A stretch of DNA of 64,000 nt from IMG/VR virus record IMGVR_UViG_3300037471_001740, positions 18,940-82,939 of that record, one strand, 5' to 3'. The notes below the pieces were generated by a model. It ran no database searches and was not told the origin of the DNA. It saw nothing but the letters and a program-made list of their open reading frames with translations. Position numbers and translations under genes: made by a program. Positions 10,035-18,556 of the stretch are shown piece after piece. The stretch comes from a virus (lineage: Duplodnaviria > Caudoviricetes). Within the stretch, counting starts at the first letter, position 1, and each line of letters starts with the position of its first letter.

Positions 10035-10823
10035 TCATCGTTGCACCTGTCGCCGCACGGTGTCGGTTGCACGACCATCGATCGCATCGAGCGATGCAAG
10101 TAACCCTCGAAAGTGCTGCGCCCAATGCGTTCGGTAGGTCCCAAGTGATACGCCGAGTGCGAGCGCGCGCGCCGGCTCGTCGACTGCGTGCCGTCCAGTG
10201 CCTCCACATGCATCGCAGATCTGTCGACTGTCGCGCGGAGACTTTTGTTCGATACGCCTTGCACCCAAACCGTTGCAGGTATCGCATCGTTGGTAATCTC
10301 GAAAGACAAGCGGACCGCGCCCATCGGGATTGTGAGCAAATGGGATCCGCTCCTCGTCCACCACCATGAATTTCGTTCCGTGGCACGCCTCGCATTCGAC
10401 CGTCACGACAAGCGGTGCACGCTGTTGATGCGCTCTACCCTTTACGCCGATTCCGTTGCACGCAGGACAGAGATCCGCCACCCACTCGACGATGACCCGC
10501 CGCGCAAAGCGCTCGACGATGTCCGCGAGTGCGCGCTCGACTTTCTTCCCCGCACGACGCAGACGCGTTTCCTCGTGATCGAGACCAGTGAATTTCTTTC
10601 GCGCATATTTACCGGACCATCGAATGCGACTCGCGAGGAGCAATGTGGCGCGATGCAGCCCGGCACGCTTCACATCCTGCCCGTACTTCATTCGCCACAA
10701 CAATCGCCCGAGGTCATCGGCAAACGCGAGTGCGCCCAAAGTTACTTGGGGATCCGCAATCGGGTCGGAAAACTGACCCTGCACATTCATCGCTATCCCG
10801 GCTTGTTCTTTTAGATCGATCAT
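10035..10823 (-). CDS. Q-like late antiterminator with four CxxCxG zinc-binding repeats
   Basis: CPACNG, CEACHG, CDTCNG, CDACGG; position just upstream of late promoter. Confidence 0.65.
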   Translation of the reverse strand: MIDLKEQAGIAMNVQGQFSDPIADPQVTLGALAFADDLGRLLWRMKYGQDVKRAGLHRATLLLASRIRWSGKYARKKFTGLDHEETRLRRAGKKVERALADIVERFARRVIVEWVADLCPACNGIGVKGRAHQQRAPLVVTVECEACHGTKFMVVDEERIPFAHNPDGRGPLVFRDYQRCDTCNGLGARRIEQKSPRDSRQICDACGGTGRHAVDEPARALALGVSLGTYRTHWAQHFRGLLASLDAIDGRATDTVRRQVQR

Positions 10824-11048
10824 CGAAACCCCCTTTATTGTCCCAATGTCCTAATGTCCCAAGGAAAAAGGGTCGTGGGTGTGTGCGCGCGTGCGACATG
10901 CGCACACCTCCGCACGTCGCGCATGTCGCGCACACGCACACTCACGCGAGGGACGCGCTTGGGACGTCGGGACATGGGCCGATAGCGGCGCGCCAAAGCT
11001 GGCGCAATGGCGCGACGAATGCACGCGTGCGGCGCGCTAACGATGCCA

Positions 11049-13748
11049 TCAAAGCGCGCTGTCATCATCGCCTCCAGCATGCACAACCGGAAGCGCAACC
11101 GGCGGCTGCACATCCTCTTCCCGCACATAGAACCAGCCGCGCTTTCCGGTCGATTCCCGCTTGCGCACCCACCCGAGTGACTTCAGCGCCTTGCCGACGC
11201 GGCGTTGTTCGGGCAACGTCCATTTCGATGTATCGAGCTTCAAAACGTCGCCGAGAATTTCCTCCATGGTGACACGGCCACGCGTTTCGAGATCGCGCGC
11301 AATTTTATCTTCATACACGTCGCCTTCATACCTTTCCGTCTGCTCAGTTTCAAACAGAGGCCGCTCGCTTTCCGTCACGTGCCATACGACACCCTCGCGA
11401 TACAGCTGCACCGCCTCAGCCCAAAGCTGGTCACGATCGCGACGCAAGCCTTCGATATCGATCGGGCCACCGACGCGAAGTGGCCAATAGCGGCGGTTGC
11501 CCGACTCGTCCTTCAGATACGTGTCGAAGTTCACCGAGCCCGCGAAGACACCCTGTCGGTGCACGTCCGTTGCACGCTTGCCATAGAAGTTACGGAAGCG
11601 ATCCGTCTCAGTCGCGAAGAAGCTCTTTGCCGCCGACGAGTCGCTCTTGTTGAGGGAGTCCAGTTCGGCCAACTCGACGATCCACTTGCCCGCCATCACG
11701 GCGTATGAGTCCTTGTCGCCGATCCGGATCGGCGAGTTCGTGTACCACTGCTTTCCAGCGAGGATTTCGAGCGCCGTCGACTTACCCCATCCCTGCTTGC
11801 CTTCCAGAATCAGCACGTTGTCCGCTTTGCAGCCGGGACGCATCACGCGGGCCACGGCGGCGATCATCCACTTCATGCCGGCCAGTCGCACGTATTCGCT
11901 GTCGCTGACTTGCAGGTAACTTTGCGCCCATTGTTGCAAGCGAGACTTGCCGTCCCATTGCAAGCCTTCGAGGTACTCGCGCACGTCGTGGTAGTGCCAC
12001 TGGTCTGCAACGAGCAGTACAGCGCTCATCACGATGTCCTGTCGCACTGCGATGCTGTATTTCTGCGACAACCACAGCACGCATCGAATGTCATCCATAT
12101 CGGACCATTCGCCCAACTCTGCCTGCTGGAAGGGAGGAAGCTTTCGCTTGACGACGCGGCCTGCGAAATCATCCTGTGCGATGACGCCCTGCCACTTGTG
12201 ATGGTTCGACAAGATCAGGTGCACATTGCCGAGCGTCGGCAACAGCTTGCCTTTCTCCGAGTACGCGAGGTCTCGCTCCCACGTATGCGCACCGTTTTCG
12301 ACCGCATGGGGCGACGGTTCCTCGCCCGCAGCGCCAGCGGTAGAGGGGGCTATCGTCCCGTCCGAGCCGATCACGTCACGCGTGCCGTTTGGATGCTCAG
12401 CCGACACAATGCCGGTCGCTTCCATACATTCGAGAAGTCGCGCTGCGCGGTTGTACCCGATGCGCAGCTCGCGCTGGAGAAGCGTTACGGACGGGCGACG
12501 CGAGTTACGTACGATCAGCACCGCTTGCGGATACAGGTGATCCGTCGACTCGTCCAAGACAGCCGCGTGCGGCTCTCCGTGCGACAGCACGGCGTCAGGC
12601 GCCGGGGCCAACGCGGAGAGCAGCGCTGACTGGACCTGCGCAGCCACCGCATCGAGCCCTTCCTCACAGTGCAGATCATTGAAATCCGTCAGCTTCCGGT
12701 CGCCGCGATCCGCAAATCGCGGAAACACGACGCTCGCATTGCCGACATCGGCGACGGCCTCGTACGCGCGCTTGAGACCGGCATTCTCGAAGCGCTTCCG
12801 ACGCTCCGGCATAACGTCGTTGCCGTACATCAGCTCGACGTAGCCAACGCCGTGCGCATCACGCACGAATGCAGCACGCGCGCTGTACCAAGTACCTTTG
12901 CCTTCGATACGGACCGCGTCCGCGCCAATAGTGAACTCGCCGGTGTAGCCGAGATCGGCGGACAGGAAGTCTTGCAACCGCTGCTCGACCTTCCAGTCAT
13001 CATCAGCGCAGATCAACAGATGGAGATGCGGATAGGCGTTGCGCAGATATCGAGCAGCCGACAGGATGTTGCCAGCATCGAAGCACACGCAAAGTGGTAT
13101 CGCATCGCCTGTCGCCATACGCACGGATCGACCAGTCGCGTAGCCTTCAGCAAGCATCGCCACCTTGTCATCAGCACCAATGTCGCCGAGCAGATACGCC
13201 GCGCCCTTCTTCTCCATATTCTTGTTAAAGCGCTTCGCGCCATCGGGCGCAATCTTCTGCAGGCCGACGAGCTGGATGGTGTCCGCGTACCGAAACATCG
13301 GAACCAGCGTCGTACCTTCGTCGTCAAAGCGCACACCTTCGGGCGTGATCTGTTTGCGATCGAGATACGCAGACGTGCCGTCCGAGTGTGCCTTCTGCCA
13401 CTGATCGCGCGCCCGGTTTGCTGCAAGCTTGGCAGCGTGTGCGCGCTTCTGCTCTTGTTCACGCTCCATCGCAGCCTGCCGCGCCTTGGTCGCCGCCATG
13501 TCTTCTGCCGAGATCGAGCCGCCTTGCCACGCGAACGACTGTGCCCCGTTATCGTCTCCGGACCAGCAGCCGAACGCGCCCACGTGACCGACAACCAGCC
13601 CATCCTTCTCCACCTCATGCAGCGAATACCAGTGCTTTCGCTTCGGGCCGTACCGGTGGGGTTTCCCATCAGCAATGGGGTGACCATCCGGAAGCCGAGG
13701 ATGGTCGGCAGCAACCAGTTGCTGCACGATCTGATCCAAGGTTGACAA
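11049..13748 (-). CDS. Primase-helicase: Toprim + FtsK-gamma + VirE/VapE ATPase
   Basis: AEGYATG, CADDD, TDFNDL (Toprim); SVTLLQRELRIGYNRAARLLE (FtsK gamma); ILEGKQGWGKST Walker A. Confidence 0.88.
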   Translation of the reverse strand: MSTLDQIVQQLVAADHPRLPDGHPIADGKPHRYGPKRKHWYSLHEVEKDGLVVGHVGAFGCWSGDDNGAQSFAWQGGSISAEDMAATKARQAAMEREQEQKRAHAAKLAANRARDQWQKAHSDGTSAYLDRKQITPEGVRFDDEGTTLVPMFRYADTIQLVGLQKIAPDGAKRFNKNMEKKGAAYLLGDIGADDKVAMLAEGYATGRSVRMATGDAIPLCVCFDAGNILSAARYLRNAYPHLHLLICADDDWKVEQRLQDFLSADLGYTGEFTIGADAVRIEGKGTWYSARAAFVRDAHGVGYVELMYGNDVMPERRKRFENAGLKRAYEAVADVGNASVVFPRFADRGDRKLTDFNDLHCEEGLDAVAAQVQSALLSALAPAPDAVLSHGEPHAAVLDESTDHLYPQAVLIVRNSRRPSVTLLQRELRIGYNRAARLLECMEATGIVSAEHPNGTRDVIGSDGTIAPSTAGAAGEEPSPHAVENGAHTWERDLAYSEKGKLLPTLGNVHLILSNHHKWQGVIAQDDFAGRVVKRKLPPFQQAELGEWSDMDDIRCVLWLSQKYSIAVRQDIVMSAVLLVADQWHYHDVREYLEGLQWDGKSRLQQWAQSYLQVSDSEYVRLAGMKWMIAAVARVMRPGCKADNVLILEGKQGWGKSTALEILAGKQWYTNSPIRIGDKDSYAVMAGKWIVELAELDSLNKSDSSAAKSFFATETDRFRNFYGKRATDVHRQGVFAGSVNFDTYLKDESGNRRYWPLRVGGPIDIEGLRRDRDQLWAEAVQLYREGVVWHVTESERPLFETEQTERYEGDVYEDKIARDLETRGRVTMEEILGDVLKLDTSKWTLPEQRRVGKALKSLGWVRKRESTGKRGWFYVREEDVQPPVALPVVHAGGDDDSAL

Positions 13749-13818
13749 TGCAGTTCTCCTTTAAACTTGGCGGCACCGCTTCGCGGGCGGCACCCTCCAC
13801 ACACCACGAGAGCACAAA

Positions 13819-14097
13819 ATGAAATCCTTCCCGTTCCTGCAATCCGACGAGGCACAACAGGTTGCCGAAGGCCTGTGCCAGTTTTCGACCGGGGTTATCT
13901 GCGCACTGGTGAAGCAGGGCGCGATCGACTTACCGACCTTCGTCAACGACCTCGAGCGGTGGCACGAACTCAAGAAGGATCAGCCGGAAGATCTGCACTA
14001 TCTGAATCCCGTTGCGAACGAACTGTTCGACCGGATCCTGATTCAGATGCGTGACGTTCTGATTGACGCAGTCCGAAGAACAGCAGTGCCGCGTTAA
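13819..14097 (+). CDS. Hypothetical protein, antisense to early operon
   Basis: 92 aa, protein-like composition, GAGAG RBS. Confidence 0.5.
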   Translation: MKSFPFLQSDEAQQVAEGLCQFSTGVICALVKQGAIDLPTFVNDLERWHELKKDQPEDLHYLNPVANELFDRILIQMRDVLIDAVRRTAVPR

Positions 14098-14215
14098 TTT
14101 CCGAGCGGTTGAGCGCATCCGAGCCGGCATGGCGCAGTCGCCATGCGTCGATGTGATGATGGGCACGTCGCAGCCGGTTCTGGTGCGTGCGGTTCAATGA
14201 GCGTTTCAAAGTCAC
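13970..14215 (-). CDS. Hypothetical protein
   Basis: GTG start with AAGGAG RBS, 81 aa. Confidence 0.45.
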   Translation of the reverse strand: MTLKRSLNRTHQNRLRRAHHHIDAWRLRHAGSDALNRSEINAALLFFGLRQSERHASESGSGRTVRSQRDSDSADLPADPS

Positions 14216-14228
14216 TTTGTTGATCTCC

Positions 14229-14612
14229 TTATTTTTTGCCGCGCAGACGCTTCCACTCGGCGGTCATTAGGTCATCAAAGCGCTGCAGGTCTGCAGCGCT
14301 CAGCCCCGTTGAAAATTGAGCCCGATATTCGTGCCGCTCCGTCTTGGTTCCGAGCGCAGCGCATTCCAGCGCCGCACGCTCGATGAACATCGACAGTAGG
14401 CGAGCGCGAACACATGCGTCTCTCACGAGAGCAAGGTTCTGCGGGAAGGCACGAATAAGGGATACGAGAATGCGAAGAGCGCCGTCGGGCGCGTGCTCGG
14501 AAGTCCAGAGCAGCGCCGAGACGGCACATGCGATTTGCTGATTCAGGTCGCAGGCGAGCCCGATCCGCTCGCGGTGCGGATTGCAGCACGACATATCAGG
14601 GCGGAACTGCAT
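14229..14612 (-). CDS. Hypothetical phage protein
   Basis: 127 aa ORF in early-right operon. Confidence 0.55.
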   Translation of the reverse strand: MQFRPDMSCCNPHRERIGLACDLNQQIACAVSALLWTSEHAPDGALRILVSLIRAFPQNLALVRDACVRARLLSMFIERAALECAALGTKTERHEYRAQFSTGLSAADLQRFDDLMTAEWKRLRGKK

Positions 14613-14618
14613 GATGCG

Positions 14619-15122
14619 TTACGGCTCGCGCCTGCTGACGATACGTACGGTGCGCAGCAGCCTGTCGATCATGCGTTGCTGCGTACGTCCAGCGACGGCG
14701 ATCGCGTCGGCCTCACCGGGATTGATCCGTCGGTCGCTGAGCGCTTCGCTGACCTCTTTTGCGAGAATGCCGGTCTGCTGCGCGATCGCCAGCGTGTCGA
14801 TCGCGACGCTGTCGGCGGACGCATCATCGGCTTCGTCGGCTGGAACGGCCCGAAGCCCAAACCGCTCGTTGAGAGCATGGATGGCGTCCAGGTAGTGCGC
14901 CTGACGCTTTTCTTCCATCCACTCAACGAGCAGCTCGAACATTTCCATCGAGAGCCGGTTGTCGCCTTCGCCGCGCAAACGGAGACGCAACGATTCGGCT
15001 CCGATGCTCTTTCCACGGCGGTTGGTCAGAAACGCCGCCGCATCTGCTACGCCCCCCGGCGTATTACGGACTGACGTGTACAACACGTCGAGCCACTCTG
15101 TGCCGCTATATCTGCAGGTCAT
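14619..15122 (-). CDS. CII-like phage regulatory protein
   Basis: MTCRYSGTEWLDVLY..., follows cro; start reassigned to ATG 15122. Confidence 0.65.
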   Translation of the reverse strand: MTCRYSGTEWLDVLYTSVRNTPGGVADAAAFLTNRRGKSIGAESLRLRLRGEGDNRLSMEMFELLVEWMEEKRQAHYLDAIHALNERFGLRAVPADEADDASADSVAIDTLAIAQQTGILAKEVSEALSDRRINPGEADAIAVAGRTQQRMIDRLLRTVRIVSRREP

Positions 15123-15213
15123 CTGATCCCCAGCTGGTCTTTGTAGACACCGCTTTTCATTCTGTTTACTGCGCCGACCCGTCTGTACGATGCGAGTTCG
15201 GTCGCGGGCACAG

Positions 15214-15432
15214 CTACGACGAGCGCTCGACCGTCTCGGCCGCCACGGGATTCGCAACGAAGTAATCGAAGAGCGACTGGACCGTAGACACGCGCGGGTC
15301 CCCGACGATGCCGAGCGCAATCTTCGTCAACGTTTGATACGGAACCCCGCTCTTTTCGGAGACCTCCGGCCAGCGACCTCTGGTTGCGTCAAGGTTTCGC
15401 AACACTGATCCCAACATTGTTTCGGTTGTCAT
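15214..15432 (-). CDS. Cro-like repressor
   Basis: HTH (SEKSGVPYQTLTKIA), divergent from cI. Confidence 0.75.
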   Translation of the reverse strand: MTTETMLGSVLRNLDATRGRWPEVSEKSGVPYQTLTKIALGIVGDPRVSTVQSLFDYFVANPVAAETVERSS

Positions 15433-15465
15433 TTCCAACCTCACAGTTATGCAATTGTGCGCATC

Positions 15466-15527
15466 ATATCCTTTCGGGGATATTTCCTCAAGTGGACATG
15501 ACGGAGAAACTATCCCTCAAAGGTTAT
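15466..15527. promoter_or_regulatory. OR operators of prophage 1
   Basis: ATATCCTTTCGGGGATAT (15466-83) and TATCCCTCAAAGGTTAT (15511-27); same motif recurs at 16475, 16547, 16572. Confidence 0.75.
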
Positions 15528-15550
15528 CCATATTCGGCAATATCAGCCGC

Positions 15551-16048
15551 ATGAAAAGGAAACCTCTACGGGAAGTGCTTGCGGCCAATGTACGGGCTTA
15601 CATGGGCCGTCTGCCGGCCATCGATACCCAAGTAAAACTCGCAAAGAAAGCAGGAATTTCGCAGAGCTCTGTGGCGCGAGTGCTCGCGGGGAATGTAGAC
15701 ACCCAAATCGGCATCGTGGACGCGCTGGCCATTGCGATCGGCGTGTCCCCAGGCACGCTCCTCGAAGCCGATGCAGAATCGGAGTTGCACATCGACAGAG
15801 AGCGGTTCGCAAGCCTTCCGGCGATCGAACGCGCGAAAATCCAAAGCTACATCGACTTCGTGATGACTACGTCAGCATCAGAGGACCATGCGCTTTCCGT
15901 TTCCCAGACTCTGAACCAGAGCAAAGATCAACAAGATCGCGCTCGCCGAGCCGCTCAACGTCCAACTTCAGATCAAACGTTGAGCATCGATGAAAACAAA
16001 GAAGAGAGCAGTACGGGGTTCCGAGGCGGCACCAAGCACAAGCGGTAA
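15551..16048 (+). CDS. cI-like XRE repressor (no evident S24 peptidase domain)
   Basis: QVKLAKKAGISQSSVARV HTH. Confidence 0.8.
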   Translation: MKRKPLREVLAANVRAYMGRLPAIDTQVKLAKKAGISQSSVARVLAGNVDTQIGIVDALAIAIGVSPGTLLEADAESELHIDRERFASLPAIERAKIQSYIDFVMTTSASEDHALSVSQTLNQSKDQQDRARRAAQRPTSDQTLSIDENKEESSTGFRGGTKHKR

Positions 16049-16472
16049 GGTCCTGAAGTTTCCCTCGTCGGAGACAGCCCAAAACGCACTGAACATGCTT
16101 TCCCGCCAGCGCACAGTGCGCGCAAGACTCAATGACATCGTCTGCGCGCACGATGACAAGGCCCCCGTGGCCATCGCGTTGGTTTCGGTACTGCCAGATG
16201 GGTCGGTCGAGTACTCGACGACAGGCATTGAGCGCGACTTCGCGCAACCTGTCGCGGACTCCCTAGACCGACTATCACACATCGTGCGGATGCATTCCGC
16301 CACACCCCGCCGCCGCACCACACAGCACGGCTACAGCGCGCTTCCAACCGCCATATCGTTGGCATTCATGGCCGCGACCTACGTCAATCAAATTGCCTGG
16401 GTCGATTCGCTACTCATGCTCGCAAGTCATTTCATCGTCGATTGGATCGCGAAACGACGAACGCGTAGCTAG
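15990..16472 (+). CDS. Hypothetical protein with hydrophobic C-terminus, downstream of cI
   Basis: 160 aa, overlaps cI end. Confidence 0.55.
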   Translation: MKTKKRAVRGSEAAPSTSGKVLKFPSSETAQNALNMLSRQRTVRARLNDIVCAHDDKAPVAIALVSVLPDGSVEYSTTGIERDFAQPVADSLDRLSHIVRMHSATPRRRTTQHGYSALPTAISLAFMAATYVNQIAWVDSLLMLASHFIVDWIAKRRTRS

Positions 16473-16474
16473 TC

Positions 16475-16589
16475 CATCCCCGAAAGGTTATTTCGCCCCG
16501 ACGCTCGGCTTCCTAGCGGGCGGGGATGAACATTTCCGCGACAGGATATCCCCAAAAGGATTGACATTAAATATCCCGATAGGGATACT
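16475..16589 (+). promoter_or_regulatory. OL operators and pL promoter of prophage 1
   Basis: Three TATCCC-N-AAGGnTAT-like dyads; TTGACA (16561)-17 bp-GATACT (16584). Confidence 0.8.
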
Positions 16590-16636
16590 ACGCCTCGTCA
16601 CGCGCCATCCCTGCGCGTGCTGAGACGGAGACCAAC

Positions 16637-16867
16637 ATGAAATCCACACATGACCTTGCCGGCAAAGCACGCCGCGCATGGCTCAAACGGGGCGCGAAAG
16701 GCGCGTTGACGATCGAATCCCGGCCTGAGCCGCAAAGTGACTTTGAGAAGGCGTTTGCGTACCGACTGACGTTTGTGGTTGCCGCTGTCGTGATCGCGCT
16801 GAATCTGTTCAGCCCGGAGCCGAACGCGACCCCGCAGGCAAATGGCCACACAGCTGCGCAGGTGTGA
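16637..16867 (+). CDS. Small membrane protein
   Basis: 76 aa, one TM segment, GGAG RBS, first pL gene. Confidence 0.6.
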   Translation: MKSTHDLAGKARRAWLKRGAKGALTIESRPEPQSDFEKAFAYRLTFVVAAVVIALNLFSPEPNATPQANGHTAAQV

Positions 16868-16868
16868 C

Positions 16869-17021
16869 ATGTCGAAGCGCCGCAAACACCAATCCCCCGC
16901 AAAGCTCCCCGCTCCTATCGCCGGTCTGATCATCGTCGCTGTACTTCTCGGCACGGTTGTCCGATCGGAAATCAAGGTGCTGAACCACTTCGCCGACGCC
17001 GACGTCACCCACCGGGCCTAG
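16869..17021 (+). CDS. Small membrane protein (50 aa, below ORF-track cutoff)
   Basis: Hand translation MSKRRKHQ...IAGLIIVAVLLGTVV. Confidence 0.5.
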   Translation: MSKRRKHQSPAKLPAPIAGLIIVAVLLGTVVRSEIKVLNHFADADVTHRA

Positions 17022-17029
17022 CTAGCGCC

Positions 17030-17233
17030 ATGACGAACCGGACTTCCATCACCGATGCGGACATCGCCAAGGAACACCGCCTTCGTCGTATCGCTGGCTC
17101 GCCCGTCGACGCCATCACCAACCCCGCTCTGCGCATCTGCCTCGCGAACTGCGCCGAGCTTCGCAAAAAGCAGCACCCTTCCGACCAACCTTCGCCCGAC
17201 GGCAAGCGTCTCGCCGCTGGCGACATCGAATAA
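17030..17233 (+). CDS. Hypothetical phage protein
   Basis: 67 aa in pL operon. Confidence 0.55.
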   Translation: MTNRTSITDADIAKEHRLRRIAGSPVDAITNPALRICLANCAELRKKQHPSDQPSPDGKRLAAGDIE

Positions 17234-17240
17234 CGCCAAC

Positions 17241-17573
17241 ATGCCGAAGAACATTTTTAACCAGGAATCCACGCGCAAGGACACGATCGGCCTGCGCACG
17301 GCGTTTCACTACGACCCGATGGCACCGCGCCCCACAACGCCGATCATGGTCGGCAAGTACGTTGTGGCGCGTCGCCCCCTCCTCGGAAGCATCTACACCC
17401 TGTACATGCTGATGGACGGCACACACATCGTCGCGTCGTGGATCTCGCACCCCAGCGAGGACGACTGCGCGTCGGCGATGCGCCGCCTGAGCGCGAAACG
17501 CATCGCCGACGCTGCCATCACCAACGCCAAGATCGGCAAGGCGAAGTCCCGCCGCGCGAAGGAGGCGGCATGA
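17241..17573 (+). CDS. Hypothetical phage protein
   Basis: Start reassigned to ATG 17241; ATGA overlap with next gene. Confidence 0.55.
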   Translation: MPKNIFNQESTRKDTIGLRTAFHYDPMAPRPTTPIMVGKYVVARRPLLGSIYTLYMLMDGTHIVASWISHPSEDDCASAMRRLSAKRIADAAITNAKIGKAKSRRAKEAA

Positions 17574-18031
17574 CCCGCCGACGCCTCGCACCCACCGAGT
17601 ACAAGCATCCCACGACGTACGACGCGATCGTCAAGGAGCATCAACTGGCGCACGCACGACGCCTCGCTCAGCTGAAAGCGGCCTCGAAGCTGATCATCGC
17701 CATCGAGCCCGATCTGGCCGCGTTGGCCGCGCAAAGGATCTACTACGGCTACGACCGCTACACGATGTGCATCGTCCCTTGGCTTCCTGCCACGGGTCAC
17801 ATTGACAAGAAAGCGCTTCATCTTGGCTTCAGCATTATGAGCGACGGCGGTGATCGCGCCGTTGCGGCTCTGATCGCGCGTGGATGGGTCGTCGAAGACA
17901 CCAAACTCGACGGCAAGTTGAGCAAAGCGCTGCTGCGAAAGCCCAAGACTCGGGTTCGCGTGGTCGTGGAGTGCAGCGACGCGGTCGCAAAAACGTTGGC
18001 TCCCCAGCCCGACACGGAGGCCGCGCAATGA
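17570..18031 (+). CDS. Hypothetical phage protein
   Basis: GGAGG RBS, coupled overlaps. Confidence 0.6.
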   Translation: MTRRRLAPTEYKHPTTYDAIVKEHQLAHARRLAQLKAASKLIIAIEPDLAALAAQRIYYGYDRYTMCIVPWLPATGHIDKKALHLGFSIMSDGGDRAVAALIARGWVVEDTKLDGKLSKALLRKPKTRVRVVVECSDAVAKTLAPQPDTEAAQ

Positions 18032-18273
18032 TTTTCGCCCTCTTGATCGCGATCTTCACTTGCGCCGCCGCGTGGTTCCTCACGGGCCGGAGCGAGCGGC
18101 GCTACATCGGCGCACTCTTCGGCTTTGCCGACTCCGTTCTTTGGCTGGCCGCTGGTGTGACCGCCGGCAAAGTGGCCGTTGCTCTCGTCGCCGCGTTCTG
18201 CAGCTTCTGTTTCGCACGCCCGTTGCTCGCGCGTCGCATGTTGAGCATCTCCGGGAGGCGTCATGCCCAATGA
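18028..18273 (+). CDS. Small multi-TM membrane protein
   Basis: MIFALLIAIF..., three hydrophobic segments. Confidence 0.55.
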   Translation: MIFALLIAIFTCAAAWFLTGRSERRYIGALFGFADSVLWLAAGVTAGKVAVALVAAFCSFCFARPLLARRMLSISGRRHAQ

Positions 18274-18556
18274 TCTCTCCGCGATCTGCAAGGCACTGAT
18301 CTCGCTCTTCGCGAGCGAGGCTACGCCGCGCACGATCGACGACATCCAAGCCGCGCTGCCCGACGCAGATCGCACCGCGCTTCGCGAAGACCTGCAGATG
18401 CTGGTTCGAGCCGACGTCGTTCGTCAGGCTGTTCGCTACGCCGATGAGCGCCTCGTCTACTGGCTGGCAGGCGCTCCTATCGCCACGTTTCACGGAACCC
18501 GTCTCGTCTACCCCGACGCAACCTTCGCTGACGTTGGAGAAATCCATCATGGCTAA
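18263..18556 (+). CDS. Hypothetical (winged-helix-like) protein
   Basis: 97 aa, GGAGG RBS. Confidence 0.55.
   Translation: MPNDLSAICKALISLFASEATPRTIDDIQAALPDADRTALREDLQMLVRADVVRQAVRYADERLVYWLAGAPIATFHGTRLVYPDATFADVGEIHHG

Noticed and set aside
10835-11128. 97-aa ORF between the primase and Q-like genes
   Set aside because: Arg/Cys-rich translation of a repeat-rich, probably non-coding origin-like region.
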